Source: an uncultured virus (IMG/VR IMGVR_UViG_3300032268_000966) (taxonomy: Duplodnaviria > Heunggongvirae > Uroviricota > Caudoviricetes). Taken from it: DNA of 64,000 nucleotides. Under the pieces are notes generated by a model. That model did no database searches. It was not told the origin of the DNA and saw nothing but the letters and a program-made list of their open reading frames with translations. Made by a program: the position numbers and the translations under genes. Below are positions 40,784-49,245 of the stretch, one piece after another; the first letter of the stretch is position 1; every line of letters begins with the position of its first letter. The DNA is taken from IMG/VR virus record IMGVR_UViG_3300032268_000966; one strand, 5' to 3'.

Positions 40784-40806
40784 AATTGTAATTTTAATAA
40801 AATTCT

Positions 40807-41295
40807 TTAATAAACAAATGATTTTTGATAATCATTCCAAATTTTTTGCATTCCTACGTTTTCATTGATTAATGTTGGAGCAAAGGGTCTATGTTTCATC
40901 ATCATCTTAGCTTCATCAGGTGTTTTATTACCTTTTTTAAGGTTACATTTAAAACAAGATGTTACAAGATTGGTCCATTCATTTCCACCACCTCTTGATT
41001 TAGGTAAAACGTGGTCTAATGTCAAATCCTTTTTTGACCCACAATAAACACATTCATGGCTATCTCTTTTATATATTCTTGTTCTATTAGCTCGTAATCC
41101 TCTTGTTTGATATTTGATGTATTTTAAAAGTCGAATGATTACAGGACGTATATATATCTTATAACTAGTTATAATAGGTGATTCATCTGATTTAACAACC
41201 TCTGCCTTACCCTTATCTACCAATACAAACCCTCTCCTTATTGTTGTAACATTTAAAGGGGTGTAATCATAATTTAATACCAATACCGTACTCAT
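40807..41295 (-). CDS. HNH endonuclease (McrA-like)
   Basis: RD..CVYCG...LTLDHVLPKSRGG..W.NLVTSC..CN. Confidence 0.92.
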   Translation of the reverse strand: MSTVLVLNYDYTPLNVTTIRRGFVLVDKGKAEVVKSDESPIITSYKIYIRPVIIRLLKYIKYQTRGLRANRTRIYKRDSHECVYCGSKKDLTLDHVLPKSRGGGNEWTNLVTSCFKCNLKKGNKTPDEAKMMMKHRPFAPTLINENVGMQKIWNDYQKSFVY

Positions 41296-41384
41296 TTTTA
41301 TCCGATTTTTACAAACATAGTTTATTTGGATGATAAAAACAAAAAAGGGGACGAACTTCGACCCCTTTCAAATATCCCAATGAT

Positions 41385-41489
41385 TTAGCAATAGTTTATG
41401 GTTCGAGGTTTTCCACATCTCAACGTTCTCGAGTTCTCATATTTTTGGTTAATTCCCAAAAGACACGTAATATTATTGTCTATCATCAT
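41385..41489 (-). CDS. 34-aa short ORF followed by a terminator
   Basis: MMIDNNITCLLGINQKYENSRTLRCGKPRTINYC; TATTTAT 11 nt upstream; hairpin 41341-41368. Confidence 0.4.
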   Translation of the reverse strand: MMIDNNITCLLGINQKYENSRTLRCGKPRTINYC

Positions 41490-41557
41490 AAGAATAAATA
41501 TCTGTAAATAATTTTCAAAATCAAATTATTTTATTATCTTTGTAAAAAAAGACAACT

Positions 41558-42277
41558 ATGAAACTAAAACAATTATTTCTTGCAATTTTCGCAACATCGG
41601 TATTATTTGTATCTTGTACAAAAGACGACGTGTATGACCCAGTTAAACAAACTTCAATTGAATCAACTCAAGGAGAAGACTTAAGAACAATGTCAACATC
41701 TCCGACTGTTTCATCAGTTGGACCAAAGGCTTATATTTTTGTTGAGCCTCAGTCAAAACTCAATATGATTGTGAGTTATTTAAAGACAAGACCTCGTAGT
41801 ACACAAACCCCGACAAACACTCCATTTTATGGTTTTTTTACTGGGTCACCAATCAAATCAACAAATTATACTGATTTGTTAAATTATATTGATATGCCGT
41901 ATTGGTATAATGGAACATTACCTACAGTCATTCAATCAAATATTACACAAACTTCGGCAGGTGTGTATAATTTTGGAACGGTTAAAATTAATGGTCCTTT
42001 AGTTAATAATCAATTTGTGTGGATTATGGTATTAATTCCTGTGAATGCAACACCTAACCCAAATTGGAGACAATCAAGAATGTCTAGTGCGCATACCAAT
42101 ATGATATATAGAACTCCTTTCAATACTAATTCTACATTATCTGATTATGTTTTAAATTACACGGGAACTCGTATTCCTGTTGGGGAATACAGAGTTTATA
42201 GTACGTACTCAGGTACAGAATTAAGACCAAAAGTTGTAGGTGATTTTTACCTGAAAGGTAGTAACACATTACCTTAA
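41558..42277 (+). CDS. lipoprotein
   Basis: FVSC lipobox followed by TKDD export-like signal; TATCTTTG upstream. Confidence 0.75.
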   Translation: MKLKQLFLAIFATSVLFVSCTKDDVYDPVKQTSIESTQGEDLRTMSTSPTVSSVGPKAYIFVEPQSKLNMIVSYLKTRPRSTQTPTNTPFYGFFTGSPIKSTNYTDLLNYIDMPYWYNGTLPTVIQSNITQTSAGVYNFGTVKINGPLVNNQFVWIMVLIPVNATPNPNWRQSRMSSAHTNMIYRTPFNTNSTLSDYVLNYTGTRIPVGEYRVYSTYSGTELRPKVVGDFYLKGSNTLP

Positions 42278-42332
42278 AAAACTAAAATAGGGATTTATTT
42301 GATTTTGAATATATTTATTGTAATATTGTACT

Positions 42333-42431
42333 ATGAAAACTATGAACACAAATACAAATTTAGACACGCCGACAACTCCTAATGGAGATGGGGGCACTAT
42401 ATGCGTAAGTTCAGAAGCGAGTGGTTGGTAA
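42333..42431 (+). CDS. leader peptide 1 (32 aa) of the Pro/Asn/Asp/Gly/Thr tRNA operon
   Basis: MKTMNTNTNLDTPTTPNGDGGTICVSSEASGW; contains antiterminator strand 42405-42414. Confidence 0.85.
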   Translation: MKTMNTNTNLDTPTTPNGDGGTICVSSEASGW

Positions 42432-42452
42432 CAATATTATAGCCAATTATTT

Positions 42453-42483
42453 AAACCCTGAACTTATCCTTCAGGGTTTTTTT
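42453..42483 (+). terminator. attenuator terminator 1
   Basis: AAACCCTGAA-cttatcc-TTCAGGGTTT plus T-tract; 5' arm can instead pair with 42405-42414. Confidence 0.9.
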
Positions 42484-42493
42484 ATTTACGGGG

Positions 42494-42507
42494 GTTCTTT
42501 GACATAT
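42494..42507 (+). promoter_or_regulatory. boxA-like antitermination element
   Basis: GTTCTTTGACATAT resembles rrn boxA (GCTCTTTAACA); paralleled at 50008. Confidence 0.65.
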
Positions 42508-42525
42508 AAAAATGAAATAAAATAT

Positions 42526-42601
42526 AGGGTAGTGGGCTAATTGGCTAAGCCTCCACGTTTGGGACGTGGACATCATCCAAGTTCGAGTCTTGGTTACCCT
42601 A
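42526..42601 (+). tRNA. tRNA-Pro(TGG)
   Basis: AGGGTAG/TTACCCT; CCACG-TTTGGGA-CGTGG. Confidence 0.93.
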
Positions 42602-42607
42602 CATTAT

Positions 42608-42692
42608 TGACACGTTGCCATAGAGGCCGAATGGTCCAGACTGTTAATCTGGTGAGTAAAATCCAACGTAGGTTCGAATCCTACCGTGTCAG
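42608..42692 (+). tRNA. tRNA-Asn(GTT), long variable region
   Basis: TGACACG/CGTGTCA; CCAGA-CTGTTAA-TCTGG. Confidence 0.9.
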
Positions 42693-42734
42693 CTTTATTT
42701 TTTGAATAATTTATTATATTTATATTAACTAATA

Positions 42735-43283
42735 ATGTTAATCATGAGTAAATACTTCGAAAAAATAATGGAGTTAAGAAGTCAGGGTAAAACCTATAAA
42801 GAAATTTGTAAAGAATTAAATTGTGCGATGTCGACAGTATCGTATCACTGTAAACTCAACAAAGTTGCAGGACATAGTGATAGATTAACGGAAGAACAAA
42901 AAATAGAATTACAAGGACTTTATAATGAAATTGGTTCGGTAAAAAAAGTTGCAAAATTAAAAGGACATGCAACCAGTACTGTTTTAAAATATGTTGTAAC
43001 AAAAAATAAAGGTAAAACAGTTTCAAAAACTGAGGCGGTTATTGAATGGAGAAAACGAACAAAACAAAGACTGATTGAATATAAAGGTGGTGAGTGTGAA
43101 TTATGTGGATATAAAAAATGTAACAGGGCTTTACAGTTTCATCATCTAAATCCTGAAGAGAAAGACTTTTCAATCTCAGGTAAAAGCTTTAGTTTTGATA
43201 AACTAAAAGACGAGGTAAAAAAGTGTGTATTAGTATGTTCTAATTGTCATTCTGAAATACATGACGGTTTAATTACATTATAA
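42735..43283 (+). CDS. HTH plus HNH homing-type endonuclease
   Basis: CELCG...LQFHH...CVLVCSNCHSEIH; two N-terminal HTH-like segments. Confidence 0.85.
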   Translation: MLIMSKYFEKIMELRSQGKTYKEICKELNCAMSTVSYHCKLNKVAGHSDRLTEEQKIELQGLYNEIGSVKKVAKLKGHATSTVLKYVVTKNKGKTVSKTEAVIEWRKRTKQRLIEYKGGECELCGYKKCNRALQFHHLNPEEKDFSISGKSFSFDKLKDEVKKCVLVCSNCHSEIHDGLITL

Positions 43284-43366
43284 CAAGTGAGGTGGGTGGA
43301 AAAATTCCAATGTTGTAGTATCGTGGATGGAGTAATCCTGAAGCATAAACAGACAAAAAGAAAAAA

Positions 43367-43855
43367 ATGAAGTTAAAAACATTCTTATTGACTGGGATGT
43401 TATTGTTAGGAACAATGACAACCAAAGCACAAGAGAAGCAAGTACAGATTAAATCAAATACTCAAGAGAGTATCTCAAAAGAAAGTTTGTATGAGCAGAT
43501 AATTAAGTATGGTATAAAATTTCCTGATATTGTGTTCGCACAAGCAATATTAGAATCAGGAGAGTTTACATCAAAGTTGTTCAAATCAGCTAACAATCTT
43601 TTCGGAATGAAAGTTCCTGCTAAAAGAGAATCCGCAAAAATTGGGGTAACCCAAAGTGGTTACTCAAAGTACGAAGATTGGGAGTATAGCGTGTATGATT
43701 ATTCATTGTGGCAGGACCACATGTTAAAATCACGTAATGATATAACAAAAAAACAATATTTTGTGTTACTTGGTAAAGTTTATGCCGAGGACCCACAATA
43801 TGTTAACAAATTGAAGCAAAGAATATCAGAATATAATCATATCTTTGTTGACTAA
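43367..43855 (+). CDS. secreted GH73 glucosaminidase (FlgJ-like)
   Basis: AQAILESG, NNLFGMK and YAEDPQY motifs; signal peptide. Confidence 0.88.
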   Translation: MKLKTFLLTGMLLLGTMTTKAQEKQVQIKSNTQESISKESLYEQIIKYGIKFPDIVFAQAILESGEFTSKLFKSANNLFGMKVPAKRESAKIGVTQSGYSKYEDWEYSVYDYSLWQDHMLKSRNDITKKQYFVLLGKVYAEDPQYVNKLKQRISEYNHIFVD

Positions 43856-43882
43856 AGATTTGGGGTGAAACTCCCCATACAC

Positions 43883-43955
43883 GGTTCCGTGGTTGAATGG
43901 TTACAATTCCACCCTGTCACGGTGCGAGATACGGGTTCGAATCCCGTCGGGACCG
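43883..43955 (+). tRNA. tRNA-Asp(GTC)
   Basis: GGTTCCG/CGGGACC; loop CTGTCAC. Confidence 0.93.
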
Positions 43956-44012
43956 CAAAGTGGATAAAATGTGTAGTAACCACAGGGAAGGTACCTCCCA
44001 CTGCACTCCATT

Positions 44013-44085
44013 GCGGTAGTAGCTCAGTTGGTAGAGCTCGTTCCTTCCAAGTACGAGGTCGCAGGTTCGAACCCTGTCTACCGCT
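44013..44085 (+). tRNA. tRNA-Gly(TCC)
   Basis: GCGGTAG/CTACCGC, U73; loop CTTCCAA. Confidence 0.93.
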
Positions 44086-44135
44086 CAAAACAATAATCTT
44101 CCAACTTTTTTTTAAGTTGGAAGATATTTATATCT

Positions 44136-44552
44136 ATGGAAACAAAAAAATGTAAAAGATGCCAATTGGATTTACCCAAAGATGATATTCATTTTGCAAG
44201 TAGATATGATAGAAAGGAGAAACAATTTCAACACATGTGTAGAAATTGTCAAAAAGAATATAGAAAAGAACACTATGATGCTAATAAAGAAAAGTATATT
44301 CAAAAATCTAATCTATATTCGCAAAACTTTAAGGAATGGTTTACCGAAATAAAGAAACTTTTATCTTGTAAAAAATGTGGAGAGAATAGATATTGGGTTT
44401 TAGATTTTCACCATACCAATCCAGCTAAAAAAGATACTGATATATCAACACTATTGAAGTATAATAATAAGCAAAGAGTATTAGATGAAATTGATAAGTG
44501 TGTTGTACTATGTGCAAATTGTCATAGAGATTTACACCATCATCAAAGATAA
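44136..44552 (+). CDS. HNH endonuclease
   Basis: CKRC, CKKCG...LDFHH...CVVLCANCHRDLH. Confidence 0.85.
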   Translation: METKKCKRCQLDLPKDDIHFASRYDRKEKQFQHMCRNCQKEYRKEHYDANKEKYIQKSNLYSQNFKEWFTEIKKLLSCKKCGENRYWVLDFHHTNPAKKDTDISTLLKYNNKQRVLDEIDKCVVLCANCHRDLHHHQR

Positions 44553-44556
44553 ATAG

Positions 44557-44630
44557 GCCCCCTTAGCTCAGCAGGCCAGAGCGCGAAATTTGTAATTTCG
44601 ATGTCGTTGGTTCGATTCCGACAGGGGGCT
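44557..44630 (+). tRNA. tRNA-Thr(TGT)
   Basis: GCCCCCT/AGGGGGC; CGAAA-TTTGTAA-TTTCG. Confidence 0.93.
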
Positions 44631-44646
44631 CAAAAATTTTTATTTA

Positions 44647-44879
44647 TGAATATGTTTATTGCGTATTACATTATATGTGTAATATATTGTTTCTATCAGT
44701 TATTTAAAAACCTTAGTAAAAGGTATAGTGATGACCCAACAGGGGGTTCCCCTGAATTAGATACCATTATGGTCATGATGATGGCTTGGGTGTTAGCACC
44801 TATTGACGTATCTTTGACTTGGATTAGATGGTATAAAGATGCTGAAACAGCTAGAAGAAGACAAGAAAAAATAATATAA
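44647..44879 (+). CDS. small membrane protein (start approximate)
   Basis: MNMFIAYY...; two hydrophobic segments; the track's start lies inside tRNA-Thr. Confidence 0.6.
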
Positions 44880-44880
44880 T

Positions 44881-45267
44881 ATGGAAAAACCCCAAGTTGT
44901 TAATGTAACAGAATGCCCATCATGCGCAATACCAAAAGGATGGGGTGAAGAAATCATTATTTGTAATCACGAACTTTACTGTGGTAAATTATTAAGATTC
45001 AAACAAGGCGCAAAATTTTCAATGCATTACCACATGATTAAAGATGAAACGTGGTATGTAAATGAAGGATTATTTATTTATAGGTGGATAGACACTGAGA
45101 CTGCAGAAGTTCAGGAACAATATTTAAAAATCGGTGATGTTGTTAGGCAAAGACCAGGACAACCTCACCAATTGGAAGCAATAACCGATGGAGAAGTGTT
45201 TGAAGTATCAACAGAACATTTTAATTCAGATTCATATAGAGTATGGAAGGGAGACAGTCAAAAATAA
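44881..45267 (+). CDS. cupin (sugar isomerase-like)
   Basis: KGWG.E, SMHYHMIKDET, PGQPH and EVST motifs. Confidence 0.85.
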   Translation: MEKPQVVNVTECPSCAIPKGWGEEIIICNHELYCGKLLRFKQGAKFSMHYHMIKDETWYVNEGLFIYRWIDTETAEVQEQYLKIGDVVRQRPGQPHQLEAITDGEVFEVSTEHFNSDSYRVWKGDSQK

Positions 45268-45548
45268 TATACGTTGATATTGATGGTACCATTTGTACTA
45301 TTGCCAGACCCTATTCTGAAGCAAAACCAATTTCAACACATATAGATAAAATAAATAAATTATATGATGAAGGTCATACGATAATTTATTATACTGCAAG
45401 GGGTGCTGCGTCAGGAGTTGATTATTCAGAATTAACTGAAAAACAACTTAAAAAGTGGGGTTGTAAATACACCTCACTTAAAATGAACCATAAACCTGAT
45501 TACGATTTGTTTATTTGTGATAAATCAAAAAGAATTGAAGAAATATGA
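45243..45548 (+). CDS. small HAD phosphatase
   Basis: DIDGTI, TARG and KP..D..ICDK motifs. Confidence 0.85.
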   Translation: MEGRQSKIIYVDIDGTICTIARPYSEAKPISTHIDKINKLYDEGHTIIYYTARGAASGVDYSELTEKQLKKWGCKYTSLKMNHKPDYDLFICDKSKRIEEI

Positions 45549-45943
45549 AAGTTTGGGTTAATGGAACATTTGATGTTCTTCACATAGGTCATTTAAAACT
45601 TTTGGAATTTGCGTCTTCTTTTGGTGAACTAAGAGTTGGTATTGATACTGATAAAAGAGTTAAAGAACTTAAATCACCTGATAGACCATTTAATACTACG
45701 GAAGATAGAAAGTATTTTTTAGAATCTTTAAAGTTTGTTAAAGATGTGGTTGTTTTTAATTCACGACAAGAATTAATAGATTTGGTTAAAGAACATCAAC
45801 CTGATTATATGGTTATTGGCGATGACTATAAAGACCAACCTGTTTATGGTTCAGAACATGCAAAACAATTAATTTTTTTTGAAAAATTACCTGAATATTC
45901 GACAACAAAAATATTAAATTATGAAAATAATAGTAATAGGTGA
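45545..45943 (+). CDS. nucleotidyltransferase (HldE/RfaE domain II-like)
   Basis: NGTFDVLHIGH, RPFN, GDDY and YSTT motifs. Confidence 0.88.
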   Translation: MKVWVNGTFDVLHIGHLKLLEFASSFGELRVGIDTDKRVKELKSPDRPFNTTEDRKYFLESLKFVKDVVVFNSRQELIDLVKEHQPDYMVIGDDYKDQPVYGSEHAKQLIFFEKLPEYSTTKILNYENNSNR

Positions 45944-46661
45944 ATCTTGTAAAGATGTATTTGTTTATGGTGACTGTAATAGATTGTCACCTGAAGCGCC
46001 TGTACCTGTGATGATTCCAAAAGTAATAAAAGATAATTTGGGAATGTCAGGTAATGTTGTTAAAAATCTTGAAGCTTTAGATTCTAATATTGAAATTCTT
46101 CATTGGTATCAAGAAGAATTAATTACTAAAACAAGATACGTTGATAAAAAAAGTAACCACATGTTTTTAAGAGTTGACGAAGGAGAAAACTCCATTGGTG
46201 AATTCAAACTAGATGAATGGAAAATAAATGAAATCAAAGATGCGGATGCAATCATTATCAGTGACTATGATAAAGGATTTTTAAGTGATAAAATACTTGA
46301 AACAATCACATGGGATGCTAAATTTTCAATAATTGATAGTAAAAGAAAGATAGGTTCTAACCTTATAACTTGCTTCAATTTTATAAAACTAAACGAGTCT
46401 GAATTTTCAAGATGTAATGTAAATTTACATCATTTGAAAAAAATTCTAATTACCCTTGGCTCAAAAGGGGCAAAATATAATGATACTATTTATCCATCAC
46501 CTGACCCAAAAGAAACTATCGATGTTAGTGGTGCTGGAGATACTTTTACTGCGTCATTTACATTAAAATATTTACAAACAAAAAACGTTGAAGAGTCAAT
46601 TATTTTCGCAAATAAAATGTCTTCAGTCGTTGTTTCAAAAAGAGGAGTTGCAACACCATGA
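45921..46661 (+). CDS. PfkB kinase (HldE/RfaE domain I-like heptose-7-P kinase)
   Basis: RLSPEAPVPV, SDYDKG and DVSGAGDT motifs. Confidence 0.9.
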   Translation: MKIIVIGESCKDVFVYGDCNRLSPEAPVPVMIPKVIKDNLGMSGNVVKNLEALDSNIEILHWYQEELITKTRYVDKKSNHMFLRVDEGENSIGEFKLDEWKINEIKDADAIIISDYDKGFLSDKILETITWDAKFSIIDSKRKIGSNLITCFNFIKLNESEFSRCNVNLHHLKKILITLGSKGAKYNDTIYPSPDPKETIDVSGAGDTFTASFTLKYLQTKNVEESIIFANKMSSVVVSKRGVATP

Positions 46662-47476
46662 GAAAAGTTATTATTACAGGTTCAAAAGGATTTATTGGTA
46701 AAAACTTAATTGATGAGATTAAGGGCAATTTTGATATTTTAGAAATTAATGAAGATATTTTTGACGATGAAGATTGGACAAATCACTTGTTAACAATATT
46801 AAACAAGTTTTCTCCCGATGTTATTTTTCATATTGGAGCTTGTTCAGACACATTGGAACAAGATGTGAATTACATGATGACAAGAAACTATGAGTCAACA
46901 AAGATTATGTCTGACTATTGTTATGTTTTTAATTGTAAAATGATTTATTCATCGTCCGCAGCAAACTATGGAACTAATAATTTATACCCATCAAATTTAT
47001 ATGGATGGAGCAAATACGCAGCTGAACAGTACGTTGTTAAAAATGGGGGAATTGGTTTAAGATATTTTAATGTTTACGGACCATTAGAAGACCATAAGGG
47101 AAAGATGTCATCCGTAGCATATCAAATGTTGGAAAAACAAAAAGAAGGCCAGGAAATTAAGATATTCCCTAATAAACCACAAAGAGATTTTGTTTACGTT
47201 AAAGATGTTGTAAATGCAAACCTTTACGCATTAGACCATTACTTTGAATTAAACTCAAAATGGTATGAAGTGGGTAGTGGAGATGCCAGAACTTTTGAGG
47301 ATGTATTAGATATTTTAGGTATAGATTATTCATATCACAAAGAGGATAAAATACCTAAAGGGTATCAATTCTTCACAAAAAGTAATAGAGATAAATGGAT
47401 GAATGGATGGAAACCAAAATATAAAATTGATACTGGATTGATTGAATATAAAAAATACTTAAATGGCACACCCTAA
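46658..47476 (+). CDS. ADP-glyceromanno-heptose 6-epimerase-like SDR (HldD/RfaD-like)
   Basis: GSKGFIG, GACSDT, YSSSAA, YGWSK, GLRYFNVYGP.E.HKG.M.SV and RDFVYV motifs. Confidence 0.88.
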   Translation: MRKVIITGSKGFIGKNLIDEIKGNFDILEINEDIFDDEDWTNHLLTILNKFSPDVIFHIGACSDTLEQDVNYMMTRNYESTKIMSDYCYVFNCKMIYSSSAANYGTNNLYPSNLYGWSKYAAEQYVVKNGGIGLRYFNVYGPLEDHKGKMSSVAYQMLEKQKEGQEIKIFPNKPQRDFVYVKDVVNANLYALDHYFELNSKWYEVGSGDARTFEDVLDILGIDYSYHKEDKIPKGYQFFTKSNRDKWMNGWKPKYKIDTGLIEYKKYLNGTP

Positions 47477-47816
47477 CTTACATGCAAAATCATCCGCCAA
47501 AAAATTTGGTGGGAAACCTGAGGACTACATTCATTTACACGAATGGTTAGATGAGACCAAAGGATGGTTTGGGGATTCACTTCATAGAATGTTTAGACAT
47601 CATAGTGAAGGTATTTTTGAGATGGAAAAAAGATTTGGGGCTGAATTTAAAAATAGTGACGGAACTACTGTCTACACCAGATATGTTGGAGAACAACATG
47701 TTAAAGAAGATTGTAATAACTATATCCCATCTGCCAAAGAATGGATAAATAACGTATCAACAAACCAACGTCCTCAATGGATGTTAAAAACAATTAAATT
47801 AGAGTTCAACGACTGA
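47463..47816 (+). CDS. His-rich protein (DUF6915-like)
   Basis: HAKSSAKKFGG.PEDY..H.W.D, HRMFRHH and EQHVKED motifs. Confidence 0.75.
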   Translation: MAHPNLHAKSSAKKFGGKPEDYIHLHEWLDETKGWFGDSLHRMFRHHSEGIFEMEKRFGAEFKNSDGTTVYTRYVGEQHVKEDCNNYIPSAKEWINNVSTNQRPQWMLKTIKLEFND

Positions 47817-47827
47817 TATTTATAACT

Positions 47828-48547
47828 ATGAAAGGAATTTTAACGCCAGAAGAAAAACAATATTTAAGAAGAATATCCAATTACTTAGGTTCAATGGGAA
47901 TGCAAGACGGCAACATTGAAATTGATATGGATAATCAAGAGGAATTTGAATATGACAATGTTGATTGGGATTACATAACTCATTTTACCAATAACTACAA
48001 TGCAGATATCCCATCAGGATTAATTCCAATACTTCAAAAAATTATGAAGTATTGCGATGATAATAATTTAATTAGAGAACCTGATAATGATGATACGAAT
48101 TATCAAAGACTTGAATATGACATTGACGTAGATTCTAAAAAAATTAGTTTTACTCGTTGGTGGTCTTTTTATACTAGAGGAGAGGGTAGTTCAGTTACTT
48201 GGGAGGATGAACAAGGAAAAGCATTATTTGAACATTGGGAAGAAAGCGGAGTCTTAGAAGACCTTACAATTCCTGACGATGGGATTTTAATAGTAACATA
48301 TAATGGTTCTGGTGATTCAGGATATCTTGAAAGTAGTTTTAATGAAACAGGTGATGGAGTTCCAGCGGCAATTGAAGATTGGTGTTACAGAGAACTTAGT
48401 GATAACTATAGTGGTTGGGAAATTAATGAAGGTTCTGATGGACAATTTATATTCAACTTTCATGATATGACAATTGAATTGGTTCATACAGAAAATATAG
48501 AAGATAACGCAAGCGATACTTATTACGAGGAAAGTTTTAATGATTAA
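47828..48547 (+). CDS. acidic protein with DUF6878-like C-domain
   Basis: YNGSGDSG...GWEINEGS.G. Confidence 0.7.
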   Translation: MKGILTPEEKQYLRRISNYLGSMGMQDGNIEIDMDNQEEFEYDNVDWDYITHFTNNYNADIPSGLIPILQKIMKYCDDNNLIREPDNDDTNYQRLEYDIDVDSKKISFTRWWSFYTRGEGSSVTWEDEQGKALFEHWEESGVLEDLTIPDDGILIVTYNGSGDSGYLESSFNETGDGVPAAIEDWCYRELSDNYSGWEINEGSDGQFIFNFHDMTIELVHTENIEDNASDTYYEESFND

Positions 48548-48564
48548 TAATAATTATTATAATT

Positions 48565-48597
48565 AAAACCCCGACTAAAAAAGTTCGGGGTTTTTTT
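48565..48597 (+). terminator. intrinsic terminator
   Basis: AAAACCCCGA/TCGGGGTTTT plus T-tract. Confidence 0.85.
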
Positions 48598-48637
48598 ATG
48601 ACTTTATTAAAGATATTCACTATCTTTGTTAAACAAT

Positions 48638-48722
48638 ACCGAGGTGGTGTAATGGTAGCCACGAGGGACTTAAAATCCCTTGGTCAGTAACGGCCGTGAG
48701 GGTTCGAGTCCCTCCCTTGGTA
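48638..48722 (+). tRNA. tRNA-Leu(TAA)
   Basis: ACCGAGG/CCTTGGT; AGGGA-CTTAAAA-TCCCT; TATCTTTG at 48621. Confidence 0.95.
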
Positions 48723-48930
48723 CAATGAGTTAGAAGTACTCATCAAGTTTGGTAACGTTCTTTAAAGATGTTATGGTTGTTTCCTACCACGGCCTTAAGA
48801 GGGGGTCTCGGAGAATGGTCGTAACAACATCACCGAGTATGTTTGACGTTTTAAGCGGTAAGACGCGTTGGGTTTTTCAAGAAGAAAAACTGTGAATATC
48901 TACTCACTGGGATTTCAGGTGGGGAAATTT

Positions 48931-49004
48931 GGTTCCATAGCTCAACTGGACAGAGCACAATCCTTCTAAGATTGGGGTTTCAGGTTCGAGTCCTGATGGA
49001 ATCA
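48931..49004 (+). tRNA. tRNA-Arg(TCT)
   Basis: CAATC-CTTCTAA-GATTG. Confidence 0.95.
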
Positions 49005-49103
49005 CAATGTCATATCTTCAGGTACCCTCACAGCGGTGAGATGGGCTAAGTTAGATACAATTTCTCGGTGCTGGAAGTAGAATGCCTGTCTGATGTGATA
49101 TAT

Positions 49104-49184
49104 ACCCCGATGGTGGAATGGTAGACACGTATGTTTTAGGAACATATGACTTAAGTCATGTCGGTTCGAGTCCGACTTGGGGTA
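49104..49184 (+). tRNA. tRNA-Leu(TAG)
   Basis: TATGT-TTTAGGA-ACATA; long variable arm. Confidence 0.95.
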
Positions 49185-49245
49185 CAATATTTATAAAAAA
49201 AGATATAATAGATTTTGTAAACCAAAATATTTTTGTATCTTTGTA

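Noticed and set aside
42333..42483. T-box riboswitch as the explanation for the tRNA-operon leaders
   Set aside because: No UGGNACC T-box bulge or stem I specifier in either leader; the open frames with matched codons fit ribosome-mediated attenuation better.
43284..43360. ncRNA upstream of the GH73 gene
   Set aside because: Only two very short hairpins; not enough support.
43852..44155. ORFs 43852..44088 and 43865..44155 (likewise 16665..16913, 49002..49187, 50505..50711, 50534..50776, 52377..52667, 54218..54469)
   Set aside because: Shadow ORFs over tRNA genes or GC-rich structured RNA.
48601..48637. Leader/attenuator for the Leu-Arg-Leu, Ile-Ser and Ser(TGA) tRNA blocks
   Set aside because: The promoter element lies ~10 nt from the first tRNA (48621, 53902), leaving no room for a leader ORF or terminator, and none is seen before Ser(TGA). 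These blocks appear unattenuated.
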